From Andalucia godoyi And28 (taxonomy: Eukaryota > Protista > Jakobida), in assembly GCA_009859145.1 (NCBI GenBank), contig VRVR01000020.1:276063-340062 (forward strand): a stretch of DNA of 64,000 nt. The letters are read 5' to 3'. Position numbers and translations under genes: made by a program. The stretch's first letter is position 1. Every line of letters begins with the position of its first letter. This document shows positions 52,399 through 61,784 of this stretch, one piece after another. Below the pieces are notes generated by a model. The model was given only the letters and a program-made list of their open reading frames with translations. It was not told the DNA's origin and did no database searches.

Positions 52399-55300
52399 AT
52401 GTTGGGGCACGTAAGTGAATTGGTGAAAAGGAGAGGCCTGCTGTCTCCCTTTGTTACTGACCAACCACAATGCATCGTGAATGTGACGCTTCGTCCTCAT
52501 CAGGTTTGGTTTCTTCAATCATTCAATGATTCATTCATTGTTATTCTTTCTGTTCAGAGTCCGATCGTGTCCTTCTTCTTTTCCACTTTTACCCTGAATG
52601 ATGCACTCACGCTGCTCCAAATCTGGTGGTTTGGACGTGCCAGATCGAAGGTATTGATTTTTTAATGAGAATGCACGCGCTCTCGTCGCATTCTCTGCTT
52701 GCAGATGACATGGGACTTGGGAAAACGATCCAGATTCTTGGGTTTTTGTCGCTGCTCGTATCAGAAGACCCGGATCTGCGGTTTTGTATGTGTGTTTGCT
52801 CTTTTTCTTCTTATGGCTTTCAACGCGTGTGTGCGCATATATGTGTTTATATGTCGATAGCCAGTTTTGTGTCCTTCATATGCTTACGAGGGGGAGAGAG
52901 GGAGAGAGGTGTTTTGATGAAGCGACAGTGATCCTGTGTCCTTTATCAACGATACCGCAGTGGGTCGAGGAGATTACGACCCGGATGCCATTGCTGCATC
53001 CGCTTGCATATGTTGGTGGCCAACAGGAACGCTCGCAACTGCAGGATGATTTCCAGTACAAGAACTGTGTGATTACACACTATGACTTGTTTTTGAACGA
53101 TTTTGACGTGCTGAAAAGATGGCGTTGGCATGTCTGTGTGGTTGATGAAGCCCATCGCCTCAAGAACTCCGAGTCGGTTCTGTACAACGCCTTGAAGTCC
53201 TCTGAAATGCGCATCGATGAGTTTGTGTTGGCCACTGGAACGCCAATGCAGAACAATACTCGGGAGCTATGGAGTATCCTTCATTTCCTGGATCCGGTCC
53301 TTTTCTCGTCTTTGGATGACTTCCAGCATCTCTCCTTGGAGCAGATGCGGGATTGCCTGGTTGCGTTGTCCATTCGGCGGACAAAGAGTGTTCTTGCGGC
53401 AGAACTGCCGTCAAAGAAGGAGTATCTCATTGCTGTGCCTCTCTCTCCCACTCAAAAGGCGTTGTATCGATCGATTCTTCTGAAGTTTCCTATTGATCCT
53501 TCCGTGAAGTTGGCCACTGGACATTTGCAGAATAGTATGCTACCTCGTAGCCTTTTTCTTTCTTTTTTTGGCACTTCCGTCGTCGTTTTCCTGTCTTCCC
53601 GATATTTCATCGTGTTTATTTTCATGTGCATGCTAATATTTATTTCCACTCCCCCGCTTCGTACTTGTGAGGGGTTTTTTTTTGTTTGCTGTGCAAGTTA
53701 CTATGCAATTGAGAAAATGTGCTGATCATCCGTATTTGTTCCCGGGAGTTGAGCCTGAGCCTTTTGAATGCGGCGAGCATCTTGTTTCTGTCGCTGGGAA
53801 AATGATGGCGTTGGACGCGGTACTCCGAGAGGTGAAAATGCAAGGATCCAAAGTGCTTGTCTTCTCGCAATTCACCTCCATGCTGGACATCATCCAAGAT
53901 TACTTGACCATGAGGCAATGGAACTGCGAACGTCTCGACGGTTCCTTACGCGGGGAGGACAGATTTGGTGCTATCGCGTCCTTCAAACGCGATTCCTCCT
54001 CTTTTGTGTTCCTGATTTCCACACGAGCAGGCGGCCTTGGTTTGAATTTGACAGCAGCAGATACTGTTGTATTTTATGATAATGATTGGAATCCATATGC
54101 GGATCTGCAGGCGGAGGAGCGGGTATACCGCATTGGACAATCGAAAGACGTGAAGGTGGTCCGAATTGTTTCCAAAGACACGGTGGACGAACTGATTTAC
54201 AAGCGAGCCGCGAAGAAGAAAGCTCTGTCACGGGAAATAGTTCGAGAAACGACAATCGTTGGGGAGTTGGGTGATGCATATGATTCCACCCTGATGGGCG
54301 ACATGAAGGATTTTATCCTTTATGGGGCGTCGCGCCTGTTTGGGGCGAACGAGCCCTCGGAGGACGCAGACTTCACGCAGTTTTCAGCAACCATTACGCA
54401 CACGGTGCGCGACTTATTCTCAGGTGTTCTCCCCTCTGCTTTGCCAGCCCAGTCGGAAACGTTGGTGCCGGAGTCCGTTTATGTTCACGATGGCAAAGAC
54501 TACAGAGCAGACGAAACATCCTACAAATGTGCGATTAGCCAACCTGCTTCCGCATCGGTATCGTCTACTAGGACGCGGACGCTGCGAAATCTTGATGAAG
54601 AGGAGATCCGGGAGGAGTCTCCACATGGTCATGCTGCCAAACGCCGCCGTCCGTATCAGGATATTCTAGCGAGTCTACGGCTGAAGCACAACTACACTTC
54701 GCACCGTCTCGCTCCAGATAGCGTGCAGGCGCTGGACGAGCAGGTCCTGTTTTCTGATGTTCGTCTCAATTTCGTTGTTGGTGACGTCGTGCATCCTGAG
54801 CGTCTATTGACGATGTCTGCATCCGCCGGTACACAGTCCACTTTCATCATTTGCCAGTATGCTTCCCGCCACCTCATCTTATATATTCCATGTTTTACAT
54901 TTATTAATTTATATGTTTTTCCTCCCCCTGCTTCTTATGTTGGTGTTTTTTTTTTGTTGCATGGATGTCGCCATTGTTAAAATGTCGCCTCGCTTAGTTC
55001 TGTTGATAATTCTGGCGTGTGGGGAAAGGGCGGCGTTTTTGATGCTTTAGGCTCTCGTTTTCCGGCTGTCCCTCAGTATTACGAAACCGCGTACAAGTGT
55101 CGAGACATCAAATTAGGCGACGTACACCTTATCCCGATGGAGGTTTCTGGATCTCTTCAAAAATTCTATGTTGCGCTTTACATTTGCATGCACTTCAATC
55201 GGACGCAGCAGTCCCGGTCGGACGTCGATCCATTATTGTGGAGTTCGTGTTTGGAAATTGTTGCAGGATCCGAGGAAGTTCGTCTGCTCAGCAACCCGTC

Positions 55301-55781
55301 GTTCCACTTTCCTCGAGCGACGCTCACGCGTGATCACTGGTACTCTTGTGAGAGGATTTTGAAGAAGGCTCTCGCTCCTCGCTATCTCTGTTTTGTGTAT
55401 TATTTTCCAAAGAGACCAAAATCCGGAGATCCTTCTGGAGCAATGTCTGGAGCTGCGTCCGGGATAGACACGCGATCCGTGGACATTCTTGGTGGTTTGC
55501 AGTTTTATCTTTGTACACCGTCGATGTCTGAGAGAGACAGCATTGAACTGGCAATCACGGAATTGGGCGGCAAGTGCGTCTCATCAGCAGATTTAAAGGA
55601 TGTGATCGTTCTGGCTGATGCAGAATGCGTCGAGGATGACGAATTCGTGGCTTTCCAAGAGCAGCATCCATCCACAGAAATCTACTCTACAAAGATTTTA
55701 TCATATGCAAGGATGCTGCGAAGCCCCTTGTTGAAAGCCAGCATTCCAAAGTCGCTGCTCATCGCGAGTGGTCGTGCTTAA
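52399..55781 (+). CDS. CHD1L: CHD1L/ALC1 SNF2-family remodeller with macro domain and C-terminal BRCT-like domain, 5 exons
   Basis: Exons 52399-52503, 52644-52785, 52929-53534, 53698-54856, 54998-55781 join in frame: LRPHQ/IEG, LADDMGLGKT, LILCPLS, DEAHRLKN, TGTPMQNN, QLRKCADHPYLF, LISTRAGGLGLNL, QAEERVYRIGQ, macro domain HSVDNSGVWGKGGVFDAL. Confidence 0.92.
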
Positions 55782-58323
55782 GTTTTTGAATAAAGATGTT
55801 CTTGGCGCATTGCGCGAGCTCCAGTTTCTCTTCGGACGTAAACAAGTGAACGTCACGGTGACGAATGTCCAGTTTTGCAAAAACAACTACCCACTCCTGA
55901 CCGTCGTTCCAGCGTGTTGACGACATGCACACGTCCAAAATGTGAAATGCCAGAGCCGGCAGTACGCGAGATCTGCACAGCGACAGTTCATCGAATGGAA
56001 AGTCTGGAACGGAACCCATCCAAAGCGGCTCGCTGCTGAAAACAGGACGGACAGTCTGCAGAAACTGTTCTGTAGCATCCTCAGCATTCACACGTCCGGC
56101 GTTCGCATTCTTCCTGGAATCGTTCCAGGTATGATACAGCTGGAAAGACTGCAAACAAACCTTCCATTGGTCCCATTCATCCACGTTTGCATTTCGAGAC
56201 CGCGCACCTTCATAGCTCTCGGACGACACCACCATGCTAGACAGGCCAACAAACAACGCAGCCGACAGTCTTCCATTGATAATCAACTGACGGATAAGGT
56301 GGCAAGATGCAGCCAATAGGCTCGCAGGGAAATTGATCAGCCATGTCAGGGCCATAATTCTTCGTTCGTCGTCGATGGACAATCCCGCACCCTTGATTTG
56401 TCGCCACAAAATAGACTTTGGAGAAACAAGGCCAGTGCAGCCGGGAAGTCGGAGGGAACGAGCGCCCGTCATGAAGCCGTCAACAAGACGGACAAGTATG
56501 GATTCCACGCTGTATCCTTCTGCCGCTGCGGTCTGAAGGAACAAACGCTTCATCGCGACGGAGTCCTCTCTCAGAGACTCGAGAATTGAAAACATCTGCA
56601 GATCTGCGACCCCGTTGTCGACGTAATTCAGATACATGGGGACAAGTGGCAAGAGTGGTTCAACCTCTTTCAAGCGCTCCACAAGAAGCAGCGTAATGCC
56701 ATGAACATGCGATGCAGACTCTGCCGACAACAGACGAGCTTCGGTCAAAACATGGACCAGGTGCACAGAAAAGCGCAACCAAGTCAGTTTGAACCCGCGG
56801 AACATTGCCGTGGATCGCGTGTTCCGATTCGCATTTTGAATTGTTTGCGAGGATGCCTTTGCGTTTGCTGCCACAAGATGGCATTCTGCGATAGCGGCAT
56901 CATACTTTCCGAGGATGAGGAGACGCTGCACACAAACCCACGGGGATTCTTCTTCCGGCACTCTGCCAGTTCGTTTTGCGTATTCGGACAGAATGGAGTC
57001 CATGGAATCTAGTCCAATTGTGTCGGGCGCGTGCATACTGCCCGATTCCAGCAAATCAATTTGTCTTTCCATCGCACAGACAACCAGAGTCCACAGGCCA
57101 TCATACCACGATTCGGTAGGAAAGCCGCTACCTACGACAAAAGGCCACAGAAGATCTGGGGACGCTGCCAAGAACGCTGCTATGCATCGCTCAGATGACG
57201 ACAATACTCTGGAAGCGTCCTCGGCCATCTTTGCACAGACATGCTTCCACATGCGTCTCCGCGGATTGCCACTCCCAACGGCATTCTCGCGAACAACAAA
57301 TCCACGCAACATCAGTCCGCGAGCTATTTGATTCGACTCGAAGCACAATTCAATTGCGGCATCCATGCGGCCGCGCCGAATGAGGTCCCACAGCGTACCG
57401 ACAAACAAGCGATCTGTTTCCTCGTCGGAAGGTGCATAACGTCCAGGAGGATTCGCCCGAAAACGGGCATCGGGATCCAGTGCCGAGACGAGACCCCTGA
57501 CATTGTGCCTTCCTGTCCGAATTGCATGTGCCGTCTCGGTCAGCACGATGGGTTGTGCGAGAACTTCAAGAACAGGGGCAGGGATCTCCTCCAGCCACTG
57601 CCGGACACTCTGCACGCGATGCCATTCCCTTGACGACTGGAAATGGCGTAGCACAGCAGATCGCGGATTGCTGAGACTGTGTTCCTCGAGTGCCAGCAAG
57701 TCGCTTCTCTCCTCTTCCAGCAGCGTTCGCACTAAATGCCACGTTCGCGACTCCTCGACAAGATGATGCTTCTGGCTTGGATCCAAATTGTCATCCACAG
57801 CTTCTTCGCTGCACAGTTGCCGGTACTTTTCAACGAGTGGACTGAGGGAATCTGCTCCACCTGTCTCATCGACCTCCGTCCCTGCAGTTAGCAGCGACGC
57901 CGGTGCAGGAAAGGCGTCTTCCAAGACCTTTCGAAAAGCGACGCACAACCGCTCATCCTGCGGCAACAAGTCCATATCTGCAACGGGAGGCTGCTCATTC
58001 GCATCATCGGCGGAAGGCGACGACACAAAAGCCGATCGCCTAGAGGTGCCCGGCGTGAACGGAGGGATCACCAGTCCATTCGATTCATTGAGAAGGGACG
58101 CTGACAATGTACCGGGGGGGTTGGGATGTGGAATCTTCGTAAATTGCGAGCGAGACCCCATTTCCAGCATTTGCTCCAAGACATCGTCGTCTACCTCTTG
58201 TGCATTCGCAGCATTGGAAATCCGCGCTAAATGAGCACGATAGTCAGAAGACACATTTGCTGGTCTCACCGAATAGCCCGGCGTAAGGTTCGGGACAAAC
58301 AGGGAAGTTCCAGGAGTCCCCAT
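55759..58323 (-). CDS. NUP107: Nucleoporin Nup107/Nup84
   Basis: EESRTWHLVRTL, VRQWLE, LDPDA, LWDLIRRGRMDAA, GNPRRRMWKHVC, ERCIAAFL, WYDGLW in Nup84/107 order. Confidence 0.88.
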   Translation of the reverse strand: MGTPGTSLFVPNLTPGYSVRPANVSSDYRAHLARISNAANAQEVDDDVLEQMLEMGSRSQFTKIPHPNPPGTLSASLLNESNGLVIPPFTPGTSRRSAFVSSPSADDANEQPPVADMDLLPQDERLCVAFRKVLEDAFPAPASLLTAGTEVDETGGADSLSPLVEKYRQLCSEEAVDDNLDPSQKHHLVEESRTWHLVRTLLEEERSDLLALEEHSLSNPRSAVLRHFQSSREWHRVQSVRQWLEEIPAPVLEVLAQPIVLTETAHAIRTGRHNVRGLVSALDPDARFRANPPGRYAPSDEETDRLFVGTLWDLIRRGRMDAAIELCFESNQIARGLMLRGFVVRENAVGSGNPRRRMWKHVCAKMAEDASRVLSSSERCIAAFLAASPDLLWPFVVGSGFPTESWYDGLWTLVVCAMERQIDLLESGSMHAPDTIGLDSMDSILSEYAKRTGRVPEEESPWVCVQRLLILGKYDAAIAECHLVAANAKASSQTIQNANRNTRSTAMFRGFKLTWLRFSVHLVHVLTEARLLSAESASHVHGITLLLVERLKEVEPLLPLVPMYLNYVDNGVADLQMFSILESLREDSVAMKRLFLQTAAAEGYSVESILVRLVDGFMTGARSLRLPGCTGLVSPKSILWRQIKGAGLSIDDERRIMALTWLINFPASLLAASCHLIRQLIINGRLSAALFVGLSSMVVSSESYEGARSRNANVDEWDQWKVCLQSFQLYHTWNDSRKNANAGRVNAEDATEQFLQTVRPVFSSEPLWMGSVPDFPFDELSLCRSRVLPALAFHILDVCMSSTRWNDGQEWVVVFAKLDIRHRDVHLFTSEEKLELAQCAKNIFIQKLKHDHSR

Positions 58324-58961
58324 TCCGTATGCTACGTCATCGATTCAACAGGAAAGTAATATTTAAAAAAAAAACACCAATAACGATTAGTACTCGCACA
58401 ACAAGAATTGCAAATGGGCACGGAAACAAAAGCCAAAAGCCAAAAGCCAAAGAAAAGAAAAACGGCAGACATACACGTTCGCGACAGATTAGGAATTGTG
58501 CCTGGAGTCGCAAGCGATTCTCCAAGGAGACTGGGAAATGGGGATGGCGGAATCGCGCTACTGTTCAGGAAATTGCTCATCTTTGCGATTCTTAAATGAA
58601 TGGATGCTCAACGCAATGGACGCACATAGGTTTGAAGCGTGAACACGGAGAAAGATTCCCGAACTTCGAATTGCGACGAACCCACAAGCCACTGATGAGC
58701 GCTGAAGAGGAAACCCGGAGGGTGGTCTGGTGCAGCGAAGCGACGATCATCAATTGATGCCAGCACAACATTTTCGAGACTCGGACTTTACGATTATTCT
58801 TATTTTGGCACAGAGTGTTCTCCAACAAGGAAGCTGTGTGCCGCTTACCAGTTGAGCATCTTGGAGTTTGTACCACAGAAAAAGAAAAAGAAAAAACAGA
58901 AAAACAGAAAAACAGACAGACAAACAGACAAACAGACAAACAGACAAACAGACAGCAAGGA

Positions 58962-59585
58962 ATGACTTCTCGAGTGCTTCATTCGCTTCGCAGCCATTCT
59001 GGAATTGTATCAAAGAAAGGACAGAGGAATGACACGATGAAAGTGCGTGACGTCCCGCAAGTCGGGTTTCGTTCTGATCGGGACTGTTCGACAGCGGGCC
59101 CGGCCCCGCAGTCGGTGGCAGAGCCTCGTGCGGATCCCGATGATGTGTTGCAGCCTCTGCAGAAGAGACTGAAGCTGAGTGATGCGCGCAGCCCTGTGGC
59201 CGAAGTCGACCAAGAAGTGAACAGGGAAGAGCGCGATGCAGTCTCCGAGGAAAACTCCGAGGAACATCTTGTACGGGCAGAACCGTTGAAAGCGGGGTCA
59301 CAAACGGACACCGAGAAATTGAAGCGGCGTGTTGTTGCGGATGAGGAGCAGAAACAAGCGGAGATTGCGGTCGCGGAGACGAGTCGGTCGCAGCTACGCG
59401 GGTTTTTGGACGGGCCCGTCTTGGCCGGATCCGGGTCAGGAGTTGTCTCAAAGTGGGACGATGATGTCATTTTCCGAAACCAGGCTGCAAAGGTGGCTCC
59501 AAGAGACGCAAAGTCTTCCGAATTCATCAATGATTCTGTTCACAGCAACGCACATCGCAAGTTTTTGGAGAAGTTTGTGCGTTAA
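58962..59585 (+). CDS. CWC15: Spliceosome-associated protein Cwc15
   Basis: C-terminal KWDDDVIFRNQA...FINDSVHSNAHRKFLEKFVR matches RWDDDVVFKN...[20 protein letters not shown]; N-terminus divergent. Confidence 0.85.
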   Translation: MTSRVLHSLRSHSGIVSKKGQRNDTMKVRDVPQVGFRSDRDCSTAGPAPQSVAEPRADPDDVLQPLQKRLKLSDARSPVAEVDQEVNREERDAVSEENSEEHLVRAEPLKAGSQTDTEKLKRRVVADEEQKQAEIAVAETSRSQLRGFLDGPVLAGSGSGVVSKWDDDVIFRNQAAKVAPRDAKSSEFINDSVHSNAHRKFLEKFVR

Positions 59586-60081
59586 GCACACATCCATGTT
59601 GCTGTTTTCATTCTTGCATTACCGTGGCCCCGTTCCTGGTAAGCGGATGTTGAGTCGCCTTTTCGGAAGTTGGAAATCAAACGCCAACCTGTACCGCCTG
59701 CGGAGTGCATCGGTGCACAACGTGGCCCTCAACACGTCTCTCCTCTCTGCTCGCAAACTCCTGGACGTTGTATGCGGCGCCGCTTTGCGAGACAAAAAGC
59801 AGAATCGTAAGCCCTGGTAGGAGAAACGGTGGCTGCTGGGATGCCAGATGTTTTTCTTCATGTCTGACAATCAATTTTTTCAGCTCACTCGGTAAAATTG
59901 CACCTTCTTTTCTCCTGCTGTAAAAAAAAAATGAAAGAGTACGCATGGTTTCCGTTTGGCAAATCGCTGTTTTCGTCTATTGCAATTCGTGTCTTTTTAT
60001 TTCTATCCTTTGTGTGTTCATTCATCCTTCCTCATTCTTCCTGATTCTCCCCTTTCATTGGCAGCCTGCATTTTCAGAAAC

Positions 60082-60513
60082 ATGTTTAGTCGATCCAGGC
60101 TCTTGAATTCGCTGCGATTCGTTCGTGGTGGCGGCGACGCACCCATCAAAGAAGCTGGAGGCCGCCTTTTTGGAGAAGCAGTATGTGCGTTGTCGGTCTC
60201 TTTTTCCATTGTTTCGTCCCTTTCGGGCGTACACGCATCCATTGTGTCAGGCATATCTCTGAACACGATGTTGTTATTTTTCTGTACCGCCTCTCTCAAA
60301 TTCCGTTTGCGATTTACTTATCTTTTTCTCTAATTCCAGCCTCTTGCTCCGGGACAAACAAGAAAATGCGAGTCGTGGGAAAGGGTGTATTACTTTGGAA
60401 TGGGAGGTTCGTTTGTCCTCATCACGCTCGGCTTGTATGCGAAGCCTGATACCTCGATGAAGACACTTGCAAGAATCGAAGCAACTGCTCAGGATTCCCA
60501 ACAAAAGCAGTGA
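60082..60513 (+). CDS. NDUFB11: Complex I accessory subunit NDUFB11/ESSS, 2 exons
   Basis: Exons 60082-60180 and 60340-60513: presequence MFSRSRLLNSLRFVRGGG, GRLFGEA/PLAPGQTRKCESWE, one TM helix, YAKPDTS (ESSS signature GRLFG...G..RKWEDWE...AKPD). Confidence 0.82.
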
Positions 60514-60649
60514 TTGCTGTGCTGCGTTTCTGATTTGCTGGGTTGGGGAAAAGCATCCATGTTAATAAACACTCTTACTTTCTTGTTGAATTGCTTTTTT
60601 ACTTCTAGCTTTGTATGTGTTATTTACAAAAAAGAACGTACTGTTTCCG

Positions 60650-61519
60650 TCATCTCCTCTGCACTGCGGTTGGAGGGAGAGGAGGCGGAGGCGGGAAGGA
60701 TGCGCTCCGCGAAACTGCAGAGACGGACCTTGGTGGGGGAGGTGGAGGAACAACAGAAGGAGTCGACGCCATCGCATGCGACGTCTCGAATACCATCGTC
60801 TCTGTTGCCGAATAAGACGACGACATCGAAGAAGAAGACGGTAGAGGAGGAGGATGATTTGCCCCGAGAACTCCATATGCAGGCTGCATCTGAAGCAGTG
60901 TGGAGGACCGTGGGAGGTTTGCTGCAATCAATCGTTCCTCGACAGTTCCGTGTCTCTCGCCTTTCGCGCCACCGTTCTTGTATGCATACTGGACGCGGAT
61001 GGCGCGGCCGCCAAGGAACTGGGAGTCGAGTGCTTGGATGGCAGCGTCCGATGCTTCAAAAGAGTCGAACCGGACAAACGCATGCCCTTTGCACTTGCCA
61101 GACTCATCACGTCCCACACGTGGATGCCCTATCAGCTTTCCAAACGCAGAAAATGCTTCATACAAGCGCTTCTCGTCGATATCGGGATCAAGGTTGCCGA
61201 CAAACAGGTTTGCTCCAATGTCGCCTTTGGACCTGTCTTCTGTGGCTCTATTCAGCCGGATTGACTTTGAAAACAGCTTGACTGCATTCATGCAAGCCAA
61301 TGCATACTCGCAGTTTTCAGCAGACTTGAACTCCACAAACCCGTAGCCTTGATGTTCTCCTGTGATCTTGTCGCGAGGAATGTACACATTCACAAGCGGT
61401 CCGCACTGCAGAAACAGTTCCCACAGAATCTCCTCGTCAACCGCAGTATCCAGACTCGCCACAAACAGCGTTGCCTCTGGGTTTCTGTCCGTAGGAATTC
61501 CGTGCGCCGCAGTGGCCAT
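60650..61519 (-). CDS. SF3B4: Splicing factor 3B subunit 4 (SAP49/Hsh49), two RRMs
   Basis: DRNPEATLFV...LWELFLQCGPLVNVYIPRDKITGEHQGYGFVEF, IGANLFVGNLDPDIDEK, Pro-rich tail. Confidence 0.95.
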   Translation of the reverse strand: MATAAHGIPTDRNPEATLFVASLDTAVDEEILWELFLQCGPLVNVYIPRDKITGEHQGYGFVEFKSAENCEYALACMNAVKLFSKSIRLNRATEDRSKGDIGANLFVGNLDPDIDEKRLYEAFSAFGKLIGHPRVGRDESGKCKGHAFVRFDSFEASDAAIQALDSQFLGGRAIRVQYAYKNGGAKGERHGTVEERLIAANLPRSSTLLQMQPAYGVLGANHPPPLPSSSSMSSSYSATETMVFETSHAMASTPSVVPPPPPPRSVSAVSRSASFPPPPPLPPTAVQRR

Positions 61520-61528
61520 CTTCTCCAC

Positions 61529-61570
61529 AACTCGCAACTCACAACTCGTGACTCGTGACTCACAACTCAC
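61529..61570 (-). repeat. Six NNGAGTY heptamers directly upstream of the SF3B4 ATG
   Basis: Sense strand GTGAGTT GTGAGTC ACGAGTC ACGAGTT GTGAGTT GCGAGTT, then GTGGAGAAG ATG. Confidence 0.85.
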
Positions 61571-61784
61571 ACCGGCGTTTTCGGCTCTCCGACTTTCCCA
61601 CGATTTGTGCTGTCCGTTCCTTGTGCGTGGCTTGAGGCATTTTCTCCCAACTTGAGTGCTCCCAAAGTCCTCCTAGAAACTGAAAGAAAGAAAAAAAACC
61701 ACATTTCAGTCAGCGCGCGCTGGTGAGCGCTTCGATTTTCCGAGTGTCCAGCATCTCAGTTCTCAAGTCTCGGATGAGCAGCTG

